Shown one piece after another: positions 1 to 31,879 of a DNA stretch of 64,000 nucleotides (the stretch's first letter is position 1; each line of letters opens with the position of its first letter). The stretch is from positions 6,557,519-6,621,518 of the forward strand of contig CM082578.2 of the NCBI GenBank assembly GCA_040954595.2. Reading direction: 5' to 3'. The notes under the pieces are model-generated. The model was not told where the DNA came from. It ran no database searches and saw nothing but the letters and a program-made list of their open reading frames with translations. The DNA comes from Balanoglossus misakiensis (lineage: Eukaryota > Animalia > Hemichordata). Made by a program: the position numbers and the translations under genes.

Positions 1-224
1 CATCGATAACACAAATGCAGCAAAACAACACAAGAAAACAAACAAACACAATTCGTATCCGTAAGAGAATAAGATACAAAACTAACAAACATGCCAATAA
101 GAAACATCAAGTGTGAGTACACCCTGCCCATCTATCACTTTTCAATTCCAGAGACACTTTCTGTGCACTTCTGACATAAACTACACCCACAGTTCCTCAA
201 TATGCGTTTTTGTGTGTAAAACAG

Positions 225-3200
225 GCTGACGTAGGCAACAAAGACACTGACGTCAAAGCAGTGATGGATTCCTACACTCTGATGGCGGGACACCCCATTG
301 TGACCGTCAGTCGCACCAGCGCGACGACGGTGGTCGCCTCGCAGACCTACTTTCTGTTGGATCCCAACGACTACTACCAAGAACAATTTCCTAACAACGG
401 GTAAAGTACCTATTGTTTTGCAATTGGGAAAACGCTTTAGCAATTATACAATTCAATAAATAGTTCAATATATCAACGCTCGTCTGTCGGTTCCAAAAAA
501 GCATTTTTACGAGATAATTCAAATGTCGACGTAACGTCCTTCCGTACCCAGTAATATTTTTGCAAGAACGCTCTTGCCCCCGGGACATCGTGGTGGGTGT
601 TTTTTCGATGTCTATAATGGCACGTGCGGGGAAACAATCTCGCATATACTTCGCAAATCACATATACATACCAAGCATAGTTGTATATGAAATAGTCCAG
701 TCATAAGCAAATGTCAAAACTTCCACCTAGAGCTATGAAGTAAATGTGTATCGGCTTTGGTCCCTTCGTAGATACATTTGGACAGTTCCACTGACTTACA
801 CGGTATCGTCTGATCCTAATTTTGTCGACCCACTTGAAGACTGGCTGTATACAGACCCAAGTAAGTGTAAAGACACCGTTCAGGAATTTCTACAACATTG
901 TCAGATTCTTGATCATAATGTACTGGCAGCTTGTTGGTAAGCACAGTATACGAATCGAAGACAACACGCACTATCGATTAAAAAAATAACCCAAGCATTT
1001 GCTAATGCCGCACGTTGGTGCTATGTTAAAAGAGGTGTTTTGCGATGTGAGCTACAAGTCGAAGATGTTTGCTATATAATTTTAAAATTATCTGACCAAT
1101 AAACTTTCTCCTCGAATTTGTAGTTACCATAACACTAACAGGAGCTTCTGACCAGGACTGGGTGCTGTTCAACATCGACAAATGGGGATTTTACCGCGTC
1201 AATTACGACGACGACAACTGGCAGAAACTGGCGGATCAGTTCAACGCCGACCATACCGTAAGCGTTACTAGAATTTCGTCTGGTATATAATTACATATTG
1301 TAACAGCCAGTTTTGCAACATTTTTAAATGCAATTCCAATTCCCATTACGTCACAGGCAATCAGTGACCAATCACGTGCTTCCACCATCGATGACGCATT
1401 CAAGGCTTCTCAGCCGTTCCACACAGACAATGTCAATGCCCTCAGACTGACGGAATACTTGGACAAGGAGTTTTCATATATGATTTGGGAGACAGTTCTG
1501 GATAACCTTGGTTACACTCACAACATGCTGTTGAGAACATCAGAGTTCTATCTCTTTGAGGTAAGTATCTCTCCCCCTCTCTGTACTATTACATGTATAT
1601 GCGAATCGTTAGTGTCTTTGTTCAATAATGTAATATTCCAAAAAAGGTATGCTTTCCCTATTAACTCTTACCAGAAGATTACATTAGCCAGTGATTTTGT
1701 TCCTTTGTTGCAGCAATACTGGAGCATACAAGTAACTCCGCTATATGAGTCTTTAGGATGGGACTTCTCCCAGGGTGGCCATCTTGACTAGTAAGTTCGT
1801 ATCTAGGAATAAAATTACGGAATGTCGGTAGCATAGACTAATATTTCAGGGGAAGTAGTACAATTCACTGTCGAGGGTGAATCGTAAAGCCATTGCTTTC
1901 GAGTATGTGACTGTGCAATACAATACAATACTGTAACAATACAATACAATACAATACAATACAATACAATACAATACAATACAATACAATACAATACAAT
2001 ACAATACAATACAATACAATACAATACAATACAATACAATACAATACAATACAATACAATACTTTAATTGTATAGTAATATAAACATTACTGTATTTACT
2101 CAGCTTTCAGCGTATCAACGCGATCGAGACAGCATGCTTGTATGGCACTCCGGACTGTGTGACGCAGGCCTTAGCTCAGTATCGCGATTGGATGACGACC
2201 GGAGTGAATAAGTAAGTCTGTGAACGTGAAATTACATCTAAAACTTTTAAATAGACGGATTCAAAGTTTATTCGTTTTCAAAAAATTAAACTCTTTCCAC
2301 TTTTTTCTTTACCAATGACAGCATAAGAGATGAGGTGAGGTCGACTGTGTACTGCACAGCGATAAGACATGGCGGATTGGACGAGTGGGAGTTTGCGCAT
2401 GCTCAGGCTACCAACGGAAGTGTGATTACCACAGAGTCGAACAGACTGCAGAATGCCATGGGATGTACACATCAATCCTGGCTCCTACAGAGGTCAGAGA
2501 AATTTGCTGTCACTTCGGGCTACCTTTACAGATACACAGAACGAACCTATAGCCTACTGATAATATATAACCAAATTTTATAGCTGAATGGAGATTCAAC
2601 AGCTGCATTTTAGGGAAACACTTTTCTGCCTGTGAGCATTTTCATTGAAGAAGATTTGAACTTCAATATTGCAGCTATTTGAGAACGTTTGTTGGAAATT
2701 CATTCGAACACCTTTAAATTATATTATACAAAGAATATTTGGATAGCGCGAGGAAAGCACAAAATCACGTTATTAATTTTATTATTATTTGCATATTTTG
2801 TGTTAGGTACCTGGAGGACGACAACTTTGCCACTTCAACTGTTATCGGCAACATTCTTGACAAATCTGCTGTTGGATTTTCCGTCGCCTGGGACTACACC
2901 ATGAATAACTTCGGTAATCGGGGGTAAGTGTCAGGTCAGATTTCTGCATCATAATGGCGGTGAAGATAAATTAGTTGCCTGGCGCTTTATATTATTTCTA
3001 TTATCAGTATATAAATACATAAACAACCAATTCATCAATAATGTGATGTGCTTCCTTTCCTTGTGTAGCGTGAATTATGGCACTGTGTGGAACTTCCAGG
3101 ATTACATGTACAGCCAGTATGACCTTGATCAGGTAAGGAAGAGAGTTTCTCCAACTGCTCCCAGTCCAACTGAAGTAGTTTCCAATCTTGATATTAGATA

Positions 3201-3719
3201 AGGTGACATTAGGTTAGCTTACATGTTAAACTTTGCTAAGTGTTATCAGATATATCAGAACTTTTTACTTCACAAATACCTTATTTTCATAAGTCATGTT
3301 TTAAGAGTTATTTCCTCCGAAATATGTGCTAGTTACATGGGAACGTTAACAAAGTTCGGCCAGGTTCATCATCGGAGTGAAATCGATTCATCTTTCAGCT
3401 GAACGTTTTCGGTTCCCGAAATTACAACATGTCTTCAAACGACGCGAGTGGTTTCTACGGCGCCGTGCAGAGGGTGGAAACCAACCGAGATTGGATGACC
3501 CGCAACAGGGACAGCATGAAAGCCTGGCTTCTTGACGTCACCGCCACCAAGGCAGCAGCCGCCAAACAGCGCCCTCACGTCGACGTTCCGAAGCCAGATG
3601 TGCTCACGAGACACCTGCGTGACGCCGACTCGCTCATCGTCGACGGAAAGTTTAATGGACGTCGGGTGCCGAGAACGGCTGAAGGCGTATACCAGTTACA
3701 ATATCACCATCAACATTAA
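225..3719 (+). CDS. M1 aminopeptidase N-like gene A, 5'-truncated by the window (last 10 coding exons, equivalent to exons 8-17 of gene B)
   Basis: GT-AG exons encode [77 protein letters not shown] and [10 protein letters not shown], typical of APN domains III-IV; colinear with genes B-D; stop TAA at 3717-3719. Confidence 0.92.
1916..2061. repeat. (CAATA)n pentanucleotide microsatellite in a gene A intron
   Basis: Perfect tandem CAATA array seen directly. Confidence 0.97.
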
Positions 3720-4229
3720 GCTAGTAGATTAATCGATTCTTTGTAACAACACACACAGAAGTAGAAGCACATCAAAAGTAAAGGCCAATTTACAATGCGT
3801 ATGCACGAACATTCTCTATTTATGTACATAATAATATCTTTGGAGTATAATTGTTCAATGTAAATACAGGCCATTTGTGCTACCATTTTTTCTGTCGGTA
3901 TGGTGGTCAAATTATTTTTTTTTTGTATGATATTGTTTTATCCACATTTGAGACTTAATGCTCAGGTTGTCCATTGGGAATGAATGACTTATCGAATAAT
4001 TTAAATGCAACTGATAACCAATTTCTTATCAGACCTAAATCAAATGCTTTTGTGAATCATATGCACGCAATTCACATGATACTGGTTGTCAGATCAAGCT
4101 ATCTTCCTACACTCAAGAGATTGTGATATTTACAAATTAGTAATTAACATGCTTGTAGATATTGACTGAAATAGATAAATAACTTGCCCATCCTACATTA
4201 AGAGGGCGTAGTCACTATACTAGCCTTCA

Positions 4230-4542
4230 TTATACACATGATGACTGACAATGAGGGCAACAGTGTATTTTGATGACCGAGGGCACTGCTAGTCACAACT
4301 AAAACAGTCTGTTTTGGTGTGACTGGCAGTCCCAAGGTCATCAAAAATACACTGTTGCCCGAATATGTCAGTCGTCATGTGTTTTGTAACACACCAAACA
4401 TGGAATTATATCAAGACGGGGCAACAGTACCGGGCAGAAACCGATCGAAATGATGCCCTAGGGAACAGTTCGAAATGACTAAGGTCACGTGACGGCGTAT
4501 TGACGAATCACGATCGAGGGTTCGCTGCATGGTGTGTTACAA
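4230..4542. mobile_element. Non-autonomous foldback element (Crypton-like), ~160-nt imperfect hairpin plus tail
   Basis: acacatgatgactgaca..gggcaacagtgtattttgatgacc..agtcaca pairs with tgtgactg..ggtcatcaaaaatacactgttgccc..tgtcagtcgtcatgtgt. Same architecture as 53629-53833 and 58881-59194. Family assignment is inference. Confidence 0.55.
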
Positions 4543-4571
4543 TGTAGCAATGAACACTGACAGACGCATGA

Positions 4572-4729
<158 letters not shown>

Positions 4730-5306
4730 GACATATTGTGAATCCACATTCAAAAAATCCAAACAGAAAATTTTCCCTCAAATATTAACCACGCAGTGAA
4801 CGTTATGTGAGTAACATAATGTTAACTTTGCCGACTCATGATAACTGGTGGGCACGCACATCAGTGTGCTAGCATAACGTTATCAAATTGACAGGAACTA
4901 ATGACAAAACCAGCTGTTGAATTCTGATTCAGAACAATTACTGTATCGTCAAAGGGAGAAAGATATCACAGGTTTGTACCGAAGTTTGATAACTTTGCCT
5001 CTAAATTTAGCACTTGCCTGCAACTAACACAGAATTCGAATGACCGAAGTATGAAATAAATTGAGATAAGATAGTTATTAAAGATGGAATATGCAATCTA
5101 GATGAGCAGTCACGGTGACACACGGGTACATTGCGTGCACCACATGTCTTTAATTTATTTGCTCTCAGCACGGTACCTAGTCACTACAGAGACACCGTGC
5201 GTCGACGTCGAGGTATTAAACCGTCTCTTTGACCTGAGGCCATTACAAGACGGAAGACTCCACTGTTAGCGATTTTGGCAAGACATCGAGAGGCTTCTTT
5301 ATTTCA

Positions 5307-14356
<9,050 letters not shown>

Positions 14357-15273
14357 TTTGAATTCGTAGCTAATACTAGTAATAGTGTGTATACAGTTCC
14401 TATGGAAGAAACAGCTCAGTACAAAAACATACTAAATACAGCATAATTTCAAATATAGGGTACCTGTATTTACAATTACCTGGATTTTGAATCATATCAC
14501 CACAAAATCAAGAATAAACAGTATTTTGAAATTAAATTCTGTCTTTCCTGATTTCGTTGTTTCTTTTTGTTTTAATTTGCCACTGAAACAAAATATCTGA
14601 CCTACCCTGTGATACCAAGAATGTCTGGTACATTATTCTGTTAACTAACCATGTGTGCTTGAGTCATTATTGGTACATTATTCTTATTATGTTATAGTTT
14701 TGCAAATCGAGGTCAGGTTTGGAAATTACTTTAATACCGTATTTATTGTGTTTAATTTTGCCTTGCTTTTAGCCCTTAATAATATTTTCGCATTTTTGAA
14801 ATACCGGTACACTTACTTGTTGAAATTCTTTGTTTAATGCATCAAAGTTGCGGCGATCGACGAATCGGTAGAAAATGTTCCAGTTGATGACGTAGATATG
14901 GACTTTTTATCTGTACTGGTCTACGTCACACAGGTGGTGATATGGGCCAGTTCATGTTATAATGTAACCGATTATAGTGAATCTCCTGGGTTTGTGCCAA
15001 AGTTCGATTGTACTTTTGTAGTTTATATCAAATGTCTTCTCAACAAACAACACAATTCAGATAACCTAAACAAGACGGCCATGACATCATTCAAACCACA
15101 CTGACTCTTCTGTCCCTATAAGATAGTTTTCTCATCACAACGTTTGCTGTACATGCTTGCATTCTTGGTGTTACGTATGTCCTTCCGATGCGCGATGAAT
15201 GCAATATTCGATAGGGATTGTGTGATCTATCCGCGATATCTCCCATCATGAAGCACTCGCCTTTGAGCTTCAG

Positions 15274-15315
<42 letters not shown>

Positions 15316-15628
15316 GACTGACTGACTGTCTCACTCACTTCATATTTTTAATATTTGTGCGATGAAATTTGCATGGGCGACAGACGCAGACACAACAGAT
15401 TAAACAGATAATGTAACCGAATATTTTATCTACCGTATATGTAGTTTATCAATTTTTTTCTCAACAAACACAATAATTGAGATAGTACATTTGAGACGAA
15501 ACAGGTGGTACAGTGACACATGCATATAAATCCTGCATGGCTGAGGTAACATGTACCACAGACGCCACTGCAAAGTCCACCTCTCTGTGTCCTCTGAGAT
15601 CTGCTCGACTATTCATTCACAGTCACAG

Positions 15629-23847
<8,219 letters not shown>

Positions 23848-24196
23848 GTTGAATTTGTAGCCAATATCGTGTTTACTATACCTGTGGAAAAAATAGCTCA
23901 GTACAAAAACACACCAAACACAGCATTATTTCAAATGTAGAGTACTTGTATTTAAAATTACCTGTTTACGTGACATCACAAAATCAAGAATAAATGGCAT
24001 TTTAAAATTAAATTATTATTTCTGTCTGTCCCTTTTTTCTTAATTTTCCATTAGTTAGTAAAATAACGTGTACTGGGCCTAAACTTGGAATTTTGGTTAA
24101 TGTATAGAATTGCATTACGTCTTTACCGCCGATGAATGCAATATTCGATAGAGATTTTGTGAGCCATGCACGACATTTGCCACCATGAATAACCCG

Positions 24197-24294
24197 TGTC
24201 TGTCTGTCTGTGTGTCTGTCTGTCTGTGTCTGTCTGTCTGTCCGCCTGTCTGTCTGTCTGTCTTTATGTCCGTCTATCTGTTTGTTTGTCTACC

Positions 24295-24341
<47 letters not shown>
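24197..24341. repeat. (TCTG)n imperfect microsatellite upstream of gene D; a shorter counterpart lies upstream of C at ~15275-15330
   Basis: Tandem array within alignable promoter sequence. Confidence 0.9.
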
Positions 24342-24345
<4 letters not shown>

Positions 24346-24654
24346 TATAGTTATAGTGTGATGAAATTTGCGCGGTCAACAGACAGATAATGTAACTTAT
24401 GATGAATCTCCTGGGTTTGTGCCAAAGTTCGGATATTTTATCAAATATGTAGTTTATCAAACTTTTTTCTTAACAAACAATTTAATTGAGATAACCTAAT
24501 CGAGAGAGGAAGCAGGTGATACACGCGACACACAGATATCCCACAGGCCTAAAGTAACATCTGCCACAGACGAGATCTACCTTGCCCAGCAAGATCTACC
24601 TCTCTGTGCCCTCCGAGATCTGCTCGATCGAGTATTCATTCATAGTCACCGACG

Positions 24655-26257
24655 ATGACATACGAGATGGAAGAGCCAATTGCCAACGATTCTGGCAAGA
24701 AATCGAATGGATCCTACATCTCCATGAAGTGGCTTCTGTTACTCCTGGCAGTTTCCGCTGTTCTCCCCGTTGGCGACGCCCAGAGCAATGGCACCGACTG
24801 CCCACCGATGCCCGCCGTCCCGGTCGACGAGCCGGTGGTCACAGACCCCTTCTATGGACGCCTTTCAGGGGAAATCGAACCGAACCACTACACCGTCTGG
24901 CTCAAGATATACCTGGATCTCGCAGATGGGGCCCAACGATACTCGTTCGATGGAAATGTTAGCATTGATATGCACGTCTACCAGACCACAAGTACCATCA
25001 AGGTGCACGCCAGAGACATGACCATATATTACACAAACACATACTTGACCGACAGCCTCCAAAACACGATTGCCATCACAAACCAAACCGAGGATTCACT
25101 CTATGAATTCTACGTCATAGAAACAGCAACGCCGCTGGAAGCTGGTAAAGATTACACTTTACATGTCAACTTCGATGCGCCAATAACCACGGACTTCCAT
25201 GGTCTGTACCGAAGTTTTTACGGCGAACCTCCCAACACAGTGTAAGTCGAACATACATTTAAACTCTACAAACCGACCTTATGCATTTCAACCAAAACTC
25301 ACTGTTTTGATCTTTTGATATCACCCCACCCACACCTGGGACTCACCTTACACGAGATTACAGCTAGTCGTCTTTGTACAGGACCATGCAAAATCTTAGC
25401 CCATGTCCTTCCTTATCTTACTTTCAAGACGACAAATTATACAACAATGCATTGCTAGATAAAACTTGCAACTGTCCACATTATTTGCCACCTGCATTTT
25501 CCTTCTGTACACGTAAGGCCGTAAATAACGACGGCTCCCATATAATAGCCATCTTTTACTAGTAAATGTTTTGAGCAGTTTCATTAAATTGGTCGCAGAT
25601 GGAAGGCAAATCAGGAATGCAGTGTACCCAATGAGTATGCTTTATTAACTCGAGGGGGGACACATAGGTTACCAAAGCATGTCACAATATGTCCCCACAA
25701 GACAGACCACTTGAATTAGTATAAGAGAGGTGTTTAGTATAATGTTTTAGATGCGCACACGAATTGTTTTGTTTTCATTCTCTTTTCTCAGTGACTTGGT
25801 AGCATCCCAGTGCGAAGCTGTTGCGGCACGCACCATATTTCCATGTTTCGACGAGCCGAGCTTCAAGGCGACCTTTGACATGACAATTGTCCATCGAGAT
25901 AGGAGACACGCCTTATTCAACTCTCCATCGATCAGCCAAAAGTACGTGGAGGGTGACTGGTTGGAGACGACGTTTGAGAGAACGGTCGTCATGCCAACCT
26001 ATCTCTTAGCTGTAGTCGTGTCTGACTTCCCATATTTGGAAATCGAGGATGCTGGTCTGACGGTAATAGCAACTCTTATCACCAGTAAAATCAGATGAAC
26101 AGTTTACTCTTAAATTTGAGCTCAGCAAACTCAAACAGTTTTTGCATGAAATAAAAACAGATAACGAAATGATACAAACGATGTTTTAGTCGCCACTTTT
26201 CAAGAGTTTTGTGATATGTTTTTGTAAGGGTTTGTTTTAATGAGTGTCTTCTTGTCA

Positions 26258-26306
<49 letters not shown>

Positions 26307-27261
26307 ATTGCTTGATTCCTTGCTCTGATTGGCATTTTTACTCTGCGATCCATGTGATATATAGAAGCTTTGTTTGATTTTTTTTAAACTTTCAGTTCCG
26401 TGTCTGGGCACAGCCTGACCTAATCGCATCAGCTAATTATTCCCTACAAGTTGGGATACAAATGCTTCGATTCTTGGAAGATGTTTATCAGATTCCCTAT
26501 CCGATGTCCAAGATGGGTACGTTATGTTTACGTGATTCCTTTAACCTGGTTCGTATTCTTTCCAATGAAGAATCAGCCCCATGGAAATATATTAGCATCG
26601 TCCCACTTACATTTCATTGTAATGAGCTGCGCTAAAGAAACAATATGTTTTCGATGTAACACAGAATTATCTAACCTATCAAACATTGACAAAACTAGCA
26701 TGACGACCTACATACGCCACGTGACGACAAGCTTTCACCTGACACCAAAAGTAATAAATTAAAGATTTTGGTCGCGTTATTTGACATTTGGTGCATTGGT
26801 AAAATGCAATGACGTGTATCAAATTATGATGTAACGTTCAACAGGTTGATTAGTCGGGGCCTCCTTTGAAGTAGCATGGGATTTTGAACAGACGGAAGGC
26901 TACATCCCAGGGAACGGGGTCACTCTTTATCGTGTTTGCTCTGTGTCTGTACAGATATGGTAGCTGTCCCACAATTCCTGGCTGGTGCGATGGAGAACTG
27001 GGGGTTGGTCTTGTACAGCGAGGGAGCGATGCTGTATGACCCCGACTTGCACACACCGGGCCGGAAACAAGCAGTGGCCACCACGGTGGCGCATGAATTG
27101 GTTCACATGGTGAGCATGCGCACACACAACCGGGCGTATTTTCAGGTTATTTAGTCCGATTGTAGGATGTTACTTCGTTGAAGTTAAGAATCAAATCTAG
27201 AAAAAAGGTTTAACTGAGCTATTTGCGATTACATCATCATCATCATCACCATCATCATCAC

Positions 27262-27299
<38 letters not shown>

Positions 27300-27300
27300 C

Positions 27301-27383
<83 letters not shown>

Positions 27384-30300
27384 AACCACCACCACCACCG
27401 CATACTTGCTATCTGCGTACATTGCCTTGCGACTAAGTCCTGATTAAGCCAAAATGTTATGTTTTATTCTTAGAGGGTGATTTTGTCGTTGCGTGTGCCT
27501 GCGTGTGCAAGCCCTACTGTAATTTAGCAGACTTAGAGTTTAACACCAGCGAACAATTCCGTTTCTGAGTCTCATGATACCTTCTTAATACATTCTTCCA
27601 GTGGTTTGGAAACCTGGTTTCACCTGACTGGTGGGATCATCTCTGGCTGAACGAAGGCTTTGCAACATTTGACACCTACCAAGCGGTGGATCACGTAGAA
27701 CCAGATTGGAAGATTGTGAGTACAGTAACTGCTGTTCACAAGACTTACAAATGTAGTTCACGCGGGTAAAACAAATTGTATTGTGCGGGGGGTTCAAACT
27801 ATTCACTCCCGTGTAGCTCAGAAAGTATACATGCGCATATACTAGTAACCTCCGTGTATATCCCTAATTGCACGAAATTACATCACCTCTACAAAATGCA
27901 GACTACCGGTGAAAGAGCAATGCCGTGTTCTATTTTTTTTCCAGTGGGAAACATTCCACGTTGCTGACATGCAATCTGCATATAATGCCGATTCAAGGTC
28001 GTCATCAGCAAGACCACTTATTCATCCTGTGGGATGGAATCAGGATATCAATAGAATGTTTGATACAATCACATACAGCAAGGTAAGAAAACATCTCCAA
28101 GAGACGCTAATAAAAGTTCTCTTCAATTTGGCTGTGTACTCAATACATAGGCCAATTTGTTCCTTCAAATATATTGGCATCGAGACTGGCCAATACTCAG
28201 GTTTTCAATGGTTTCTTCACATTAATCTTGTGTTTTAAAGGACAATGGCCTGTTATCAACAGAATACCATATACTTAATGGCAGGAAAGTATGTTGTGAC
28301 GTTTTACGTTTATTCTCTGAATAAAATTGTGATCTTTAAAAAATATAATCTCAGGGTGGTGCGATATGTCGACACTTCCGGTCGTTTCTGGACGACCCTG
28401 TCATCCGCAGCGGTCTTATAAGTTACCTGACGACTCATCAGTACGACACCGCTGTGTCGGATGACTTGTGGGCTGCCCTAACTGCGGTAAGTATTTCTAT
28501 TTCCACCATTAAAGGGACATTAGCTGTAACTTTACCTTTATTTTGTGTATCAAATGCAATTTCTTGCTCTACGCCAAACATCATGCTAATATACCCAGTA
28601 CTCTACTTGTCAGCATTGTCTGTATGTGTGTAACGGTCATTGTTATCGTTGATAAATAATTTCTCGTCCGTTCGAAATAAATATTTCATGATATCTTCTC
28701 TACAAATATCACTGTAAAGTCAATTGGATTTCGAAATTTGATCGTGTATGGAATACTCATATGTGAGGTATATCAATCATTCAGGCCGACGTGGGAAGCG
28801 ATAACACCGACGTCAAGGTGGCGATGGATTCTTACACACTGATGGCGGGGCATCCCATTGTGACCGTCAACCGCACTGGCACCACAACGGTGGTGGCCTC
28901 ACAACGGTATTTTATGCTGGATCCCAACGATTACTACCAGGACCAATTTCCAAACAACGGGTAATTACTAGTATTTTATTGCCATCTCGCGGTATGTAAT
29001 TTTGAATTTCCCCGGCGGAAAGGGTTTTCCTTCCGCCGATTAAAATTTACTGTAACGAAATGACGATGGGCGACCAAGATATAACGTTTGTAAATCTTAA
29101 TGGGGAAAAAGGTTGAAGAAACTCGACTTTGTGGACCCTAGGTATACTATATGCAAATCGAAAGGAATATGCAAATCGATATCGGTGTTACCTTATTCTT
29201 CATTACGAATTTGCATGACTCTATTTCTCGCCTTGATCTCTTCCTAGATATGTATGGAACGTGCCACTGACTTACACAGATTCTGCCAATCCCGATTTTG
29301 TCTTCCCATACGAAGACTGGCTATACAAAGATCCAAGTGAGAGATGATTTAATACCAGTAATGTAGAAATAAGATGTATTGGATATACATGTACTATATT
29401 ATTTTGAGCGACGCTGGGGTTTTGTAGGAGTACGTATACTGCTTCCTTCCGGAATGTGTAGCTTTTGAGTTGCATAAATTAGATTATTTGATGACGTCAG
29501 TGTATAATGCTTGATCTCACAATTGTTTCCCCTTCATTATCAGGTACCATAACTCTTACTGGCGTTACTGACCAGGACTGGGTTCTGTTCAACATCGATA
29601 AATGGGGATTTTACCGCGTCAATTACGACGACGACAACTGGCAGAAACTGGCGGATCAGTTCAACGCCAACCATACCGTACGCAACTTCATTTTTTTCAC
29701 AACAAATCACATTTGCATCGAATGCTCGATTGGCATAATGGGTACTATCTTATCTTGTCTGTGGGTGTATGTAATCGTTAGCGAACTTACTTGTTGGAAG
29801 GATGACGAATCTTTGCCAATCTTTCATAAACAAAGCGTCGCCGGCAGTTTTATCAGTTCAACTACATAAGTTATGTAGAGGGAATCGGTATCGTCTGCCT
29901 TTTCCCAACAAAAAAAAATTCCACCGCATTTCTCCCGTCAAGTTCATCTCGGACTTTTGAAATTTTGACCATCTATTTTTGACATTAGCTATACTCCCAG
30001 TGCATTGAGACAACCCCCGGGGGTACTCGTACTATTTAAGTTCATTGTTAAAGGGATTACTTGTCACAATTGTGACGGCTTTTCAAAAGCAGTGCTATTT
30101 TATCGACTCGTCATGTTTTAGGATTTTAAGTGAAAAGGTTACCCTTCCGGGCGGCGCATACCTGTATGTCTTCGGGGATTGGGGTACTCCTATAGACCAC
30201 AAACCACAAACTCGTAATGACTTTGCCCCATTATCATCACAGAGGATAAGCGACCAATCGCGTGCTTCCACCATCGACGACGCATTCAAGGTTTCTCAGC

Positions 30301-31800
30301 CGTTCCACACAGACAATGTCAACGCCCTAAGACTGACAGAATACTTGGACAAAGAGTTTTCATATATGATTTGGGAGACAGTTCTGGATAACCTTGGTTA
30401 CACTCACAACATGCTGTTGAGAACATCTGAGTTCTATCTCTTTGAGGTGGGTGCACAAAAAGAGGAATTTTTATTTATAGTTTGTTTGTTTGTTTGTTTG
30501 TTTGTTTGTTTGTTTGTTTGGTTCTCCCTGGAACTATTCTGGTCCCCTGCCCTTTAGCGTAGCGCAGCCAGCAGTGGGAATGGGGCAGGGGACTAGACTA
30601 TCCCCAGAACTAGCTGAGAATTCACATATTCAACAAATGAACCACAGACAACCTAGTGAAGAGGTACAGATATTTACTCAATTTCTTTATCTATAATATG
30701 CCAGAAACTCTGCCCTGTTTTGTTGAACTGTCTTCTTTTACGTCTTTTCATCGCCAGCAATATTGGAGCAAACAAGTTCAACCGCTGTACGAATCCTTGG
30801 GATGGGACTTCTCGCAGGGCGGCCATCTTGACTAGTAAGTCGGTACTCAAAATTACAAGCTTGTAAAATTTAGCAAGTGATATTGAATAGAAAGAGAGTA
30901 AGCTGGCTTTTATAGAATGGTGCATGGTGGAAGAAATAGTCAGAAAAACAAACAGAAAATCTATACCTATTTGTTTGTTTGTTCGCATATTGTGCATATG
31001 TGGTTGTACTTCTAAAAAACTATTACCCCTATTCATTAGCTTTCAGCGAGTCAATGCGATTGAGACTGCATGTACCTATGGCACTGCAGACTGTGTGACC
31101 CAGGCGTTGGTTCAGTACCGGGATTGGATGGCGACCGGAGTAAATAAGTAAGACTGCGTTTGAAAGGAGAAGTTTAGTCAGTGGGCATTGATGATAATTT
31201 TCATTTAATATTGACTATAATCACAGCTTTGCAGTTAAAAAAACAACAACAGGGTAACACCTTATAAGTAAATGGAATTTTATTACACTTACAAAGGGCA
31301 ATCCTCAAATCAACAATTACAAGAAGTGACAATGCTTTCAATTTAACCGATCTTTAATACTTTCTTAAAACACTGACTTATAAAATTGTCCTTGTGTATT
31401 ATCGTTCACAGCATACGGGAAGAAATGAAGGCGACCGTGTACTGCACCTCCATCAGACATGGCGGACTGGACGAATGGGAGTTTGCGCATGCCCAGGCCA
31501 CCAACGGTAGCAGCGAGGCAGATAGACTGGAAAGTGCCATGGGATGTACGCAGGACTATTGGCTCTTGCAGAGGTGAAGTGTGGTTTACGGTGAATGGGG
31601 GTGGGGGGGGGGCGGTGATCCCAGCGTCTTATTCAGAGTGCGGGCTTTCGCTATTTGACATAACATTAGCACAGGTCCATAGACGGCATGGTAAAATTTA
31701 CATCTTGACTAATATAGATTACGCTCGATTACATGATGATGATGATGATGATGACGTCGACGACGACGACGATGACGCTGACGACGACGACGACGACGAC

Positions 31801-31879
<79 letters not shown>

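Noticed and set aside
1789-1791. Apparent in-frame TAG after GGHLD in A (and in B, C, D), suggesting pseudogenes or readthrough
   Set aside because: The intron starts after TA (ta|gtaag); splicing to the next exon's C gives TAC (Tyr).
15551-15628. In-frame upstream ATG extending gene C (MYHRRHCK...)
   Set aside because: Not conserved in D, and it lies only ~25 nt after a TATA-like box, so probably at or before the transcription start.
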